From Chiloscyllium plagiosum (lineage: Eukaryota): DNA of 64,000 bases. Made by a program: the position numbers and the translations under genes. Location: assembly GCF_004010195.1 (NCBI RefSeq), contig NC_057737.1, forward strand, positions 25,547,499 to 25,611,498, given 5' to 3'. Below, one piece after another: positions 36,336-49,759 of the stretch. The notes under the pieces are model-generated. The model was not told the origin of the DNA. It was given only the letters and a program-made list of their open reading frames with translations, and ran no database searches. Positions within the stretch are counted from its first letter, which is position 1; the number at the start of each line of letters is the position of its first letter.

Positions 36336-38447
36336 GTAAACCGCTTTTTGCAGCTGGAAAAATAGCCAATCCCTCAAATAGAGGGTTTATACGCAAAGCT
36401 GGCAAGGGGGCTGCCCTTCATAAAGTTGGACGTGAACCATGCATACTTGGAATTGCATTTAGATGAGGATTCCCAGAAGCATGCCGCAATTAATACAAAT
36501 AAATGTTTGTACCAATATATGAGACTGCGATTTGCGGTATCATCAGCCTGTGCCATTCTTCAGACAATGGGGAACATTTTACAAGGTATACCCCAGGTTG
36601 CCATTTATCTAGTTAACGTCCTATTAACAGGGAAGACCAATAAGGAGCACTTGGAGAACTTGGACATAGCCCTTAGACATTTCTCCCAGGTGGGCAAAGA
36701 CTGTAGGAGGGAAACATGTGTTCCAGGTACTTCAAGTGACTTGTACTACATAGTCAACAAAACCAGGATACACCCATTGGAAGATAAAGTGAAAGTAATC
36801 AAAGGTGCCCTGGCTGTCATGTCAGTACCGACCTTAGGTCTTTCCTTTAGCTGGTGAACTATTATGGAAAGATTGTACATAATCTGGTGACCTCTTTCCT
36901 GGCACTTCTGCATCAACACTTCAGGAAAGGTCAGCCTTGGAAATGGTCACGTAGCCAAGCCATAGCTTTCAGGGAAGTGAAGAAACAGCTATCATTGTCT
37001 AAAATGTTGGCACACTATGATCCCAAGTGAGATCTGGTATTGACATGCAATGCCTCCTCATCTGGCGCTGGAGTAGTGTTAGCTCACAAGTGGCCCAATG
37101 GAGAGGAATGCCCAATAGTTTATGTATCCAGCATAAATGCGCCCAGATAGGAAAGGAAGGTTTTTCATGGTCATAGTTGAAGTCAGAAAGTTCCACCAGT
37201 AACTTTACAGAAGCACATTTATAATAATAGCGGACCACAAAGACGTGTTAGTTCTACTTAAAGAGGACAAGGCAGAGCCACCCATAGCTTCAGGCCAAAT
37301 GCTGAATGTAAGGCACCACTAAGTAAGAGAGACAGACAGTTTACTTCAGGGAATGAAGTTTGACATTTGAAATGAACTACTGGAGTGGCCCTGCATGGGT
37401 AAGAGGCATAGTTGACATGAGGTCAGGTCCAGTGACTTATAAAGTTCAGGTATGTGTGGTGGTCCTGAACAAGCACGTGGACCACATGAAAGCTGTAACA
37501 CGGTAGCAAACTGTGCAGGAGCCTTGTTCCTCTACTGCCTTTCCGCACCTATTCTGGAACCTGTGGGCTCTTTCTCTGTCAAGCGTTGAAATAACTTAGA
37601 ATCTGAAATGGACACAGCAGATGTTGCTGCCTTGACACCTCTGCCACCTGGAGAGGAGATTGAATTTCTTCTGAGATGCTCCAGGTACAAGAGGTGAGCT
37701 GCTGTGCTTTACACACCACCCATATCAGAAGCAGAGGTGGAGGAACCTAACCCTGTGCTAAAACTCCCTCGGAGGATCTACAAAAAAAAGAACGGCCTAG
37801 GTCTTCAGACTCCAAGGGAAGGGATGTAGCAATTGTAAGGATGTCAGCCAGGTGGACCTCATCGAATCTGAGTTCCCTGATTGGGGTTGTTAGTCTGGTC
37901 CAATCAGGGACCCCGAGCTGATGGGTATAAACAGGAATGTCAGGTTCTGCTTACTCTGAGAGCTGGCTCTGAAAGCTGGGTCAGTGTCAAGAACTCTTCA
38001 TGTGTAAATAAAGAGTGACTTGGTGACAGGATACCAGCCTCTGAGGAGTTATTTCACTAACCAATTTTAATACTGACTCAGGAGGCACATTAGTATAATT
38101 TATATTATATTTGAATACCAAAGTCTTCACTTGTTTTTGTGCTTTCTTTATGTTTTGACTTGGTTCTATTGTTGGAAATAAATTTCTGACTGCTTGTTTG
38201 GGGAATTATTAATGTTCCTTAATCTCAATACTAAGAATCTTATCTCATGATATCTTATCTCTCTCTCGCTTAGTGGTGCTAGCTCTAGCCATTGTCTATA
38301 ATGCAGTAACTGCCATTAGGTCTCTCCCAATACTCCTGCATTACAGCATCCTGTATTGACGCTTCTTCTATTTCTATTATTTTCACTCATGAGAACTTCT
38401 ATCTAGAACTTGCATGAAATGCTAGCCTAGATAATTTTTTCATAAAT

Positions 38448-38572
38448 TCCTGATGAAGAACTTATGCCCAAAACATTGATTCTCCTCCTCGGATGCTGCC
38501 TGACCTGCTGTGCTTTTCCAGCACCCCACATTCAACTCTGATCTGCAACATCTACAGTCCTCACTTTCTCCT
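38448..38572 (+). mobile_element. PLE family A terminal fragment with a decayed hammerhead
   Basis: TTCCTGATGAAGAACTTATGCCCAAAACATTGATTC..GGATGCTGCCTGACCTGCTG. Confidence 0.75.
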
Positions 38573-41500
38573 AGACACTCTTCATGTATTATTAAATGCA
38601 CCATGAAAGATGTGTACTGTTGTGTACAAAACCAGTGGCTAGCTAGCTTTTTAACATACAGGCATGTGTTTAGAACATTGCCAGTGAATTAACATTTGCA
38701 ACTTGTAAATTGGTTGTTATTGTGAAATATCAAGTAGTTACCTTTTGAAAAGACTTGAGGTATTAGAAATACTGTGAATCTCAAAGCTCTAACAATAATA
38801 GTAGGCTGACAGTGTTAGTCTTGAGGGGTCTTATTATCTGGGCCTTTGAAAAAGTGAAGGGAGTGCAGTATTAAACTTTAGCTGTGAGTTTTGGGTTACA
38901 AAGTTAGTAGCTTCAATAACTCAAGTAAGTCTAAGAAGTGTTTCCACCTTTGATTATAATGATAAATGTGTGTAATAAAATATGAATTTAAACTAGTCAC
39001 TACTAAGATATCGAAGCACCTGAAGAAATATTTGGATAGAAACCAGGCTAAATATTAAAGGAATGCTGAAGATTTGTTTTTGAGGAATGAAATCCAGTAA
39101 GGCAACCTCTACCAGCTAGAAGATACATTAGAACGCCATCACCAACAAAACCAGCTCAAGCACACTTGTAGTTTTATTGCCATTTCTTCACTGTTTCTGG
39201 GCCAAAATCATGGAAAGCCTTTCCTAACTGCATTGAGAGTGTAACTATGCACCAAGGACTGTAGCCATTCAAGGAGGCAGCTCACCACCTTGTAGGAACA
39301 ATTATGGATGGGAAATAAATGCTGGCCAAGCCAGCAATGTCTGCATCCTGTGAACAAATAAAAAATAATCTTTATTACACAGGGTCTTGGTGAGATCACA
39401 TAGAGTCATAGAGATGTACAGCATGGAAACAGACCCTTCAGTCCAACCTGTCCACGCCGACCAGATGTCCCAACCCAATCTAGTCCCATCTGCCAGCACC
39501 CGGCCCGTATCCCTCCCAACCCTTCCTATTCATATACCCATTCAAATGCCTCTTAAATGTTGCAATTGTACCAGCCTCCACCACATCCTCTGGAAGCTCA
39601 TTCCATACATGTACCACCCTGTGCAAGAAAAAGTTGCCCGTTAGGCCTCTTTTATGTCTTTCCCCTCTCACCCTAAACCTATGCCCTCTAGTCCTGGACT
39701 CCTCGATCACAGGGAAACGACTTTATCCTATCCATGCCCCTTATAATTTTGTAAACCACTCTAAGGTCACCCCTCAGCCTCCGACGCTCCAGGGAAAACA
39801 GCCCCAGCCTGCTCAGCCTCTCCCTATGGCTCAAATCCTCCAACCCTGGCAACATCCTTGTTAATCTTTTCTGAACCCTTTCAAGTTTCACAACATATTT
39901 CCGATAGGAAGGAGATCAGAATTGCATGCAATATTCCAACAGTGGCCTAACCAATGTCCTGTACGACCGCAACATGACCTCCCAACTCCTGTACTCAATA
40001 CTCTGACCAACAAAGGAAAACATACCAAACGCCGCCTTCACTATCCTATCTACCTGCATCTCCACGTTCAAGGAGCTATGAACCTGCACTCCAACACTCC
40101 CTAGGATCATACCATTTAGTGTATAAGTCCTGCTAAGATTTGCTTTCCCAAAATGCAGCACCTCTCATTTATCTGAATTAAACTCCATCTGCCACTTCTC
40201 AGCCCATCTGGTCCAGATCCTGTTGTAATTTGAGGTAACCCTCTTTGCTGTCCACTACACCTCCAATTTTGGTGTCATCTGCAAACTTATTAACTGTACC
40301 TCTTATGCTCACATCCAAATCATTTATGTAAATGACAAAAAGTAGAGGACCCAGCACCGATCCTTCTGGCACTCCACTGGTCACAATCCTTCAGTCTGAA
40401 AAGCAACCCTCCACCACCACCCTCTGTCTTCTACCTTTGAGCCAGATTTGTATCCAAACGGCTAGTTCTCCCTGTATTCCATGAGATCTAACCGTGCTAA
40501 TCAGTCTCCCATGGGGAACCTTATTGAATGCCTTACTGAAGTCCATATAGATCACATCCACTGCTCTGCCCTCATCAATCTTTTTTGTTACTTCTTGAAA
40601 AAACTCAACCAAGTTTGTGAGACATGATTTCCCACGCACAAAGCTATGTTGACTATCTCTAATCAGTCTTTGCCGTTCCAAAAACATGTACATTCTGTCC
40701 ATCAGGATTCCTTCCAACAACTGAGGTCAGGCTCACCGGTCTATAGGTCCCTGGCTTGTCTTTACTGCCCTTCTTAAACAGTGGTACCACATTTGCCAAC
40801 CTCCAGTCTTCCGGCACCTCCCCTGTGACTATTGATACAAATATCTCAGCAAGAGGCCCAGCAATCACTTCTCTGGCTTCCCACAGAGTTCTCGGGTGTA
40901 CCTGATCAGGCCCTAGGGATTTATCCACCTTTACCCATTTCACGACATCCAGCACTTCCTCCTCTGTAATCTGGACATTTTGCAAGATGTCACCATCTAT
41001 TTCCCTACAGTCGATATCTTCCATACCCCTTTCCACAGTAAATACTGATGCAAAATATTCATTCAGTATCTCCCCCATTTTCTGTGGCTCCACACAAAGG
41101 CCTCCTTTCTGATCTTTGAGGAGCCCTATTCTCTCCCTAGTTACCCTTTTGTCCTTATTTTATTTGTAAAAGCCCTTTGGATTCTCCTTAATTCTAATTG
41201 CCAAAGCTATCTCATGTCCCCTTTTTGCCCTCCTGATTTCCCTCTTAAGTATACTTCTACTTTCGTTATACTCTTGTAAGGATTCACTCGATCTATCCTG
41301 TCTATACCTGACATATGCTTCCTCCTGGTTTTTTAACCAAACCCTCAATTTCTTTAGTCATCCAGCATTCCCTATACCTACCAGCCATCCCTTTCACCCT
41401 GACAGGAATATACTTTCTCTGGATTCTTGTTATCTTATTTCTGAAGGTTTCCCATTTTCCAGCCGTCCCTTTACCTGTGAATATCTGCCTCCAATCAGCT

Positions 41501-41765
41501 TTCAAAAGTTCTTGCCTTAATACCGTCAAAATTGGCCTTTCTCCAATTAAGAACTTCAATTTTTAGACCTGGTCTATCCTTTTCCATCATTATTTTAAAA
41601 CAAATAGAATTATGGTCGCTGGCCCCAAAGTGCTCCCCCACTGACACCTCAGTCACCTGCCCTGCCTTATTTCCCAAGAGTAGGTCAGGTTTTGCACCTT
41701 CTCTAGTTGGAACATCCACATACTGAATCAGAAAATTGCCTTGTACGCACTTAAGAAATTCCTCT

Positions 41766-42510
41766 CTGAGAAACGAAGCTCACTCACTTCAATAATTTCA
41801 ATCCAAGACAAGATCTGAAGCAGTAGTATCGTTTATTATGCTCTTGCAAGAGGGGTGTGGTGTCTACTATTTACAAGGTAGTCACACACACACCAAGTTT
41901 AACGAGTACACAATATTTATGTAATTCGTTTCTCTTCCCTCCTCCCATTGCTTCTCCCCTGTTTACATTTCCCACTACTCTGAGCCTGACGCCCGCTACT
42001 CTTGTTTGTCTCTGAATTCATCCAGCCTTGTCTATGACAAAATGCTTATTTCTGGCCTCACAAGGCCGTTTGACCACATCCCTCTGTGGTCTTAATGTTA
42101 TATATCCTTCTTCACTACCATCTGTTTGCCTTGCTCACCAAAGCAACATTTCCTTTTTATTCTTTGCCCATACTGGGCCTTGTGACCTCTTGATTGTGCT
42201 TTGTTCTTGTTTTTGCAAAAGCAGGAAACAAATGCTTATTACTATTGTTTGTACAAGCATATCTAGCTTAACCCCCTCCCCTCACAGCACCTTATCTATT
42301 TGTCTGTAACATCTACCATTGTTTGCAGGCACATTTCATTCTTGTATGCACATTTTAGCTAATACAAAAACAATTATATATTTCCTTCACATAGTTTTCA
42401 TTCTTGTTAACTCAGCTCTTGGATGAACAATTATATACTGGTGTCAGTTCCTTTACCGTACATAAGCAATTATGATTGCAGAAGTAACACTGCTTTACCT
42501 ATATCCCACA
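41766..42510 (-). mobile_element. Solo LTR inserted in the CR1
   Basis: Interrupts CR1 with a CTCT(C) duplication; minus strand begins TGTGGGAT; second copy at 46169-47042. Confidence 0.8.
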
Positions 42511-42775
42511 CTCTCCATCTAAACCCTTAACACTACGGCAGTCCCAGTCGATGTTTGGAAAGTTAAAATCCCCTACCATAACTGCCCTATTATTCTTACA
42601 AATAGCTAAGATCTCCTTACAAGTTTGTTTCTCAATTTCCCTCTGACTATTAGGAGGTCTATAATACAATCCCAATAAAGTGATCGTCCCTTTCTTATTT
42701 CTCACTTCCAGTTTCTGGTATTGAGACTGGCTCTAATGCAACGAGGGGTATGTCGGCTTCCAAGAGATCACCTAT

Positions 42776-43080
42776 TGCTGTGGTTCTGTTCGCGGAGCTG
42801 GAAGTTTTTGTTGCAAACGTTTCGTCCCCTGTCTAGGTGACATCCTCAGTGCTTGGGAGCCTCCTGTGAAGTGCTTCTGTGGTGTTTCCTCTGGCATTTA
42901 TAGTGGCCTGTCCCTGCCGCTTCCGGTTGTTAGTTTCAGCTGTCCGCTGTAGTGGCTGGTATATTGGATCCAGGTCTATGTGTTTGTTGATGGAGTTTGT
43001 GGATGAGTGCCAAGCTTCTAGGAATTCCCTGGCTGTTCTTTGTTTCGCTTGCCCTATAATGGTAGTGTTGTCCCAGTCCC
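42776..43080 (-). mobile_element. PLE family B 3' fragment
   Basis: WDNTTIIGQAKQRTAREFLEAWHS..INKHIDLDPIY; duplication AGATCACCTAT on both sides. Confidence 0.9.
42811..42854 (-). ncRNA. Minimal hammerhead ribozyme motif (family B), intact core
   Basis: Minus strand reads GCA-CTGAGGA-T-GTCACCT AGAC AGGGGAC-GAAA-CGTT-TGC. Confidence 0.7.
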
Positions 43081-44011
43081 AGATCACCTATGTTAGGGGA
43101 TTCTGTAGTCTGAGGTACAGACAGATGTTTCTGTGGCCAGCAGAGAAAAAGCAGAATGTTGTGTTGCTTCCCTGGTGCCAGGATCAAGGATGTCTCAGAG
43201 AGGGTGCAGAATGTTCTCACAGGGGAAAGGGGCCAGCAAGAGGTCATTGTCCACATTGGAACCAACGATATAGGAAGGGAAAAGGTTGAGGTTCTGAAGG
43301 GAGATTAGAGAGAGTTAGGCAGAAATTTAAAAAGGAGGTCCTCAAGGGTAGTAATATCTGGATTACTCCCAGTGCTATGAGCTAGTGAGGGCAGGAATAG
43401 GAGGATAGAGCAGATGAATGCATTTATTCCTGCATTTGAGGAACCTTTTACAAGCATCTTAACTGATTTTGTTTTAGGTAGGGGTCCTAACACAAAGTGG
43501 TAAATTAAACTGCATTTATTTCAATGCAAGGGGCCTAACAGGGAAGGCAGATGAACTCAGGGCATGGTTAGGAACATGGAACTGGGATATCATAGCAATT
43601 ACAGAAACATGGCTCAGGGATGGGCAGGATTGGCAGCTTAATGTTCCAGGATACAAGTGCTACAGGAAGGATAGAAAGGGAGGCAAGAGAGGAGGGGGAG
43701 TAGCATTTTTGATAAGGGATAGCATTACAGCTGTGCTGAGGGAGGATATTCCCGGAAATACATCCAGGGAAGTTATTTGGGTGGAATCTTGAATACTGTA
43801 TAAAGCTTTAGCCTGCTATTTTAAAAAGGTCATAATTGCATTAGAACCATTTCAGAAGAAGTTCACTTGATTGATTCCTGGGATCAAGGTTTATGTTATG
43901 AGGAATGTTTGGACATTTGAACCTGTATCTAGCAAAAATATAAGATCTTTAGGAGCCTTGACAATGTGGCAGCTGAAAGAATACTTCCTCTTTTGTGAGA
44001 GACTAGAACCA

Positions 44012-44626
44012 GCGAGTTTTGAGAAGATTTAGAGCTCAGGTTGAGGTTCTGGATGTAGGATGGCTCGGTGAACTAGAAGGTTCAGTTACAGACGTTTTGT
44101 CACCAAACTAGGTAACATTATCAGTGAGCCTTTGGATGAAGCACTGTGGTATGGCCGACTTTTTATTTGTGTTTAGGTTTCCTTGGGTTGGTGATGTCAT
44201 TTCCAGTTCTTTTTCTCAGTGGGTTATAAATGGGATCCAAGTCAATGTGTTTGTTGACGTGACCCACTCTCACTAGTATCTTTACATACTGATGAGGAAG
44301 GACACCAGTTCGACTGGGACAACACATCCACCCTAGGACAAGCCAACAGAGACATGCACGAGAATTCCTAGAAGCATGGCATTCCAACCAGAACTTTATC
44401 AACAAACACATTGACTTGGATTCCGTTTACCACCCCCTGAGAAAAACAACTGGAAATGTCATCACCACAGGAAATGATGTCACCAACCCAAGCAAACCTA
44501 AACGCATAAATAAAATGTGGGATATACCACCAGTGCTTCATCCAGCGGCTCAGTGATGATGTTACCTAGTATGGTGACAAAACATCTGAAACCAAACCTT
44601 CCACCTCAGCGAGCAAACCTACATCC
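44012..44626. mobile_element. PLE family B variant with inverted terminal segments, inserted in an old CR1 fragment
   Basis: About 44012-44256 on minus and 44257-44626 on plus (HAREFLEAWHS, INKHIDLD); 12-bp duplication AGACTAGAACCA at 44000-44011 and 44627-44638. Confidence 0.88.
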
Positions 44627-46168
44627 AGACTAGAACCAATTTAAAAATAATGAGTTTCTCATTAAAGATGGTGAGGAGGAGAATTTGCTTCCCTCAGACC
44701 GTCAGGAGTCCGTGGAATTCTTCCCTAGGGAGCAGTGCAGGCAGGGTCATTGAGTGTTTTGACAGCAGAAATAGATAAGTTCATTGACTAGCAAGGGAAT
44801 AAAAAGTTATCAAGGTATGTAAAAAGTGGAATTATTCTGCACTTGGATTAGCCATCATTAGAGCAGATTTGAGAGGTAGAATGACCTATATGTAATTCAA
44901 ATATTGTGTGTGGCATTTGATATTGTAACTCTGAAGGATCACAATTCAAAGCTGAAGAGTGCAGTGTCTAAAGAACAGATGATTAGGATAAAATAAGGAG
45001 TTTATCAATAGACCAGAACATTTGCCTATAGGATGAGCTTTTGCTGACCTTCCTGTATTCTGTTGATAACCAAAATCATTTTCCGGTTTTGGAGCAGAAA
45101 CTCTGGTTAAGTCTTTAAAGACAAAAGTGAATGTGAAATAGGTTATTCGCTTATCGTTAAATTGAAAATTCAGCATTATTGCCGCCACTAGTTTGCATTA
45201 AAATGACTTTATGAAAATTAAATAAATGTTGGCATATCCTTGATATGACACCTAATACTTAAAATGCGTTTGTGCCACATTGTTAATGCATGTTTTGGTC
45301 ATAAAGCTGCTCTTACTGATATAGAAGGTACTTTACTTCAGAACAGGTTTAGCACAGCAGTAAACAAAAAAAAAATGGCAGTTGGAGAAAGTAATAAATT
45401 AACAAAGCTGCTCAAGGTAAAGCATAATTTGTCTAATAGGTGGAATTGCTGATCTAAAACTAATAGGCTGCATTATGTTACCATTGTAGCTTGTCTTCTA
45501 TACTTAATCAGTTAAGAAAAACATAATAGCAACATTGTATAAGAAGTCGAAGGAGAAAATTGGCACTGAGCTAAACTTTGTGAGTATCTTAAAATATCCC
45601 AACACTCCAGCCCAAAACCAGAGAGGTGACATTAGGGCTGGAGTGAACTAAATAAAGATTTTAATATTCCCCCAAAGTTTAGTTTTGGAAAATTGTTTTT
45701 TACACTAGATGCAGCAGTCATAGTGCAACTCCAAAGAGTAGAAAGTGGAAGATACTGGCTGAAAAGGACTGAAAGGCAGTAGTCACGCACATAAAATATA
45801 GAGATTTAATATATATTGGATTCAAAATGATCAGTGTGGTAATGGCAAGTTTATGCAATATTAATGATATATTTGACTTCTAGCAAATTAGTTCATTTTT
45901 TCCATCACAATTAAGTAGTCCTTAACTGCCTTCTAGAAAATGGCAGTGAGCTTCTTTGATGAATGCAGTTGTGTGGCATGCTGAGTTATTTCAGAGAGCG
46001 GCACAGTTTCAGGAAGTTTGGAGTCACATATAAGCTAGACGGTTTTAAAGATTGCAAATATCCTCCCTTAAAGGATGAGTGAACCTAATGAATTTTCACA
46101 GCAATGCATTAGTTTCATGGTCACCAAAAGAGATTCTATCTTTTTTTTCCCAGATTTCCAGGTATCAG

Positions 46169-47042
46169 TGTGAGAAACAAAGCTCACACACTTCAATAAT
46201 TGCAGTCCGAGACAAAATCTGAATCAGTAGTGTCCTTTATTTTACTCTTGCAAGAGGGTGTGATGTCCGGTGTCTACAAGGCAAGGGACACACACACCAA
46301 ATTCAATGAATACACAATATTTATATAATTTGTTTTTTTTTCATTGCTCCTCCCCTGTTTATATCTTCCACTTCCCTAAGATCGGCACCCATTACTCCTG
46401 TTTATCTCTTGCCTTATCCGGCCTTATCTGTGACAAAATGCTTATTTCTGGCCTCACAAGGCCGTTTGACCTCATCCCGCTGTAGGTCATTGTTAGGCAT
46501 ATTCTTTCTTCACCATTATCTACTCTCTCCACCTGTACCTTCTCCTGATCCTTATGACCCTTTTAATTGGGGTTTGTTCCTGTGTNNNNNNNNNNNNNNN
46601 NNNNNNNNNNNNNNNNNNNNNNNNNNNNNNNNNNNNNNNNNNNNNNNNNNNNNNNNNNNNNNNNNNNNNNNNNNNNNNNNNNNNNNNNNNNNNNNNNNNN
46701 NNNNNNNNNNNNNNNNNNNNNNNNNNNNNNNNNNNNNNNNNNNNNNNNNNNNNNNNNNNNNNNNNNNNNNNNNNNNNNNNNNNNNNNNNNNNNNNNNNNN
46801 NNNNNNNNNNNNNNNNNNNNNNNNNNNNNNNNNNNNNNAATATCTACCATTGTTTTGCAGTCACGTTTCATTCTTGCATACAATTTTAGCTAATACAAAA
46901 ACAATTATGTATTTCCTCCACATAGTTTCCATTCTTGTTGACTCAGCTCTTGGCTAAAACAATTACACACTGGTGTGAGTTCATTTACTTTGTATAAGTA
47001 ATTAGAATTGCAGAAGTAACACTATTTTTCCTACATCCCACA
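46169..47042 (-). mobile_element. Solo LTR, same family as 41766-42510 (contains an N gap)
   Basis: TGTGAGAAAC...CCCACA termini with a TCAG duplication; colinear with the first copy. Confidence 0.8.
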
Positions 47043-47056
47043 TCAGGAATAAAAGA

Positions 47057-48535
47057 ATGACTCTCTGGGAAGCCAGGGAGGAAATTGCAGAGCCTTTGTC
47101 TTTGATCATTATGTCATCCTTGTCGACAGGAGTAGTGCCAGAAGACTGGAGTATAGCAAACGTTGTTCCCTTATTTAAGAACAGGAGTCGGGCAAACCCT
47201 GGTAATTATAGGCTAGTGAGCTTTACTTCAGTTGTGGGTAAGGTGTTGGAAAAGTTTATAAGAGAGAGGATTTATAATCATCTGGAAAGGAACAATTTGA
47301 TTAGGGATAGTCATCACAGTTTTGTGAAGGGTAGGTCGTGCCTCACTAACCTTATTAAATTCTTTGAGAAGGTGACAAAGCAGGTAGATGATGGTAAAGT
47401 GGTTGATGTGGTGTATATGGACTTCAATAAGGCATTTGATAAAGTTCCATACGGTAGCTACTGCACAAAGTATGGAGTTTCAGGATTGATGGTGATTTAG
47501 TGGTTTGGATCAGAAATTGGCTAACTGAAAGAAGACAGGGTGGTGATTGATGGAAAATGTTCATCTTAGAGCTCAGTTGCCAGCGGTGTGCCACAAGGAT
47601 CTGTTTTGGGGCCACTGCTGTTTGTCATTTTTATAAATGATCTGGATGTGGGCATAGAAGGATGGGTTAATAAATTTGTGGATGACACTTAAGTAGGCAA
47701 AGTTGTGGATAGTGTTGAAGGATGTTGTGGGTTATAGAGGGACATAGATGAGATGCAGAGCTGGGCTGAGAAGTGGCAAATGGAGTTTATTGCAGAAATG
47801 TGTAAGGTAGTTCACTTTAGAAGAAATAACAGGAATGCAGAATACTGGGCTAATGGTAAAGTTCTTGGCACTGTAGATGAACAGAGAGATCGTGGTGCAT
47901 AAATCCTTGAAATTTGCCACCCAGGTTGATAAGGTTGTCAAGAAGGCATATGGCGTGTTGGCTTTTATTGGTAGTGAGATTGAGTTTCAGAGCCACGAGG
48001 TCATGCTTCAGCTGTACAAGACATTGGTTAGACTGCACCTGGAGTATTCTGTACAGTTCTGGTCACCGCATTATAGAAAGGATTGAAAGCTTTGGAAAGT
48101 ATTCAGAGGAGATTTACAAGGATGTTATCTGGTATGGAAGGAAGGTCTAACGAAGAAAGACTGAGGGAACTGAGGCTGTTTTCGTTTGAGAAAAGGTTGA
48201 GAGGTGACCTAAGTGAGATGTATAAAATAATCAGAGAGTTAGATAGGGTGGACAGTGAGAGCCTTTTTCCTCAGATGGTGAAGGCTAACACGAGGGGACA
48301 TAGATTTAGGACAGATATTAAGGGTAGTTTCTTCACTCAGTAGTAGGGGCTTGGAAGGGCCTGCCTGCAACAGTAATAAACTCGCCGACATTGAGGGCAT
48401 TTAAATGGGCATTGGACATACGTATGGATAATAATGGAATGGTGTAGGTTAAATGGGCATCAGATTACTTTCACAGATTGGCACAACATCGAGGGCCGAA
48501 GGGCCTTACTGCCCTGTAATGTTCTATGTTCTATT
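47057..48535 (+). mobile_element. CR1 LINE, 5'-truncated
   Basis: PEDWSIANVVPLFK, GRSCLTNLIKFFE, VYMDFNKAFDKVP, LVRLHLEYSVQFWSP; tail (TGTTCTA)n. Confidence 0.93.
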
Positions 48536-49759
48536 TATTGAATTAACTGAATTTAAGCTCCCTCGCTATTGTGATAACATTTGAACTTCTATCCCCTGAT
48601 CATCTATCTAGATTTCTGGATTACTCACCTAGTAACATAACTTCTCTGCTACTGTCCCCCTTAGAGCCATACAACAACACCAGCATCCATATCCCTTTTC
48701 CTCTGTACAGTATAAAGTCCTCAGAAATATTGCTTCCCAAAACTCTGCTCACGTCTCTCTAGTCCAGTTCCGTATTTTCTCCGCATTAAAACAACCTGAT
48801 TCAGAATTTTTAAGTGTAGTAGATTTGCTTTCTCCATTGTCTTGTATACTAAAGCATTCCACATAGTTGACCACTCTTGCAATGTTTCTGTATATTATTT
48901 TCCTATGTTACAACAATGACTTACAAAACACTTCAGACCTCCCATTGTGTGAAAGGCACCATGCAAACCCAAGTCTTTATTTCTACTTTCCTCATCCCTA
49001 CTTTATGCAGATTCCAATCCTGCTTTGCAGCAGATATGCCTGAAGGAAAGGAAGGATAAGAATTTTGTTAACTTTGTGATCTCCAAAGTATTTAACTAGT
49101 GCCCTTTTATTAAAATTCTGCTTCTTAACAGTATAATCTTAAGGCTTTGGGTCAACTTTCATGTCTATATTGATAATACCCAGTGACATCCCTCTACCAT
49201 TTCAATCAACCCTTTGGCTCTGAGCTGTAAAAAAGAAAAAAATCTCAAATGCACCTCACTTCTTGATGAGTGAGCAGTTAGTCACCAACCAGAGGAACAA
49301 AACCATGGTCCTTAGCTCGTACCATAAATTATACTTGTTTGCCGTCATCCCACTTCATGGCTGTACATGCAAATGAACCTAACAATTCATCATCTCAGCA
49401 CCCTGATCGATCCTCATCTGGATTTTTAAAATCCCTGCATTCTACTAGTCATCAAGCCACCTTGCTTTTACACATGCAACAGGTACCCACTTTTGCCCAA
49501 ATCACAGACCCCCAAAGTTCATTTTGTTAACTAGTCCAGTGCTTTCCTTGCTAGCCTGTCACTTTCTATCATTCATAATTTGTTCAAAATGTGACAGCAT
49601 GCATTTGTCTCGTCAACATCTCCATCATGACTAACTTACATTGGATTTACAACTCCCAGATACATTACCCTGACTCTAAGATTCTTTAGATCCCCTTTAC
49701 CTACCATTACATTGGATAGCCTTCAATTTCTTTCTTGAGTCCCACCTAAACTTTGCTAC

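Larger units (their letters stand above)
34970..38056 (+). mobile_element. Decayed, internally deleted Ty3/Gypsy LTR retrotransposon
   Basis: LTRs at 34970-35873 and 37825-38056, both ending TATTTCA; PBS TGGTGACGAG; polypurine tract AAGGGAAGGGA; RT remnant AYLELHLDEDSQ..AINTNKCLYQYMRLRFAVSSACAI; near-duplicate target CTGAC/CTAAC. Confidence 0.9.
39397..43787 (-). mobile_element. Long HER1/CR1 LINE with an inverted 5' part (42711-43787 on +) and two nested insertions
   Basis: Minus-strand ORF2 pieces [51 protein letters not shown]; the + piece has ORF1-like sequence and the ORF2 start CIYFNARGL..IAITETWL. Confidence 0.93.

Noticed and set aside
46409-46957. Long ORFs containing X runs (also near 18751-19136)
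   Set aside because: Artefacts of N gaps.
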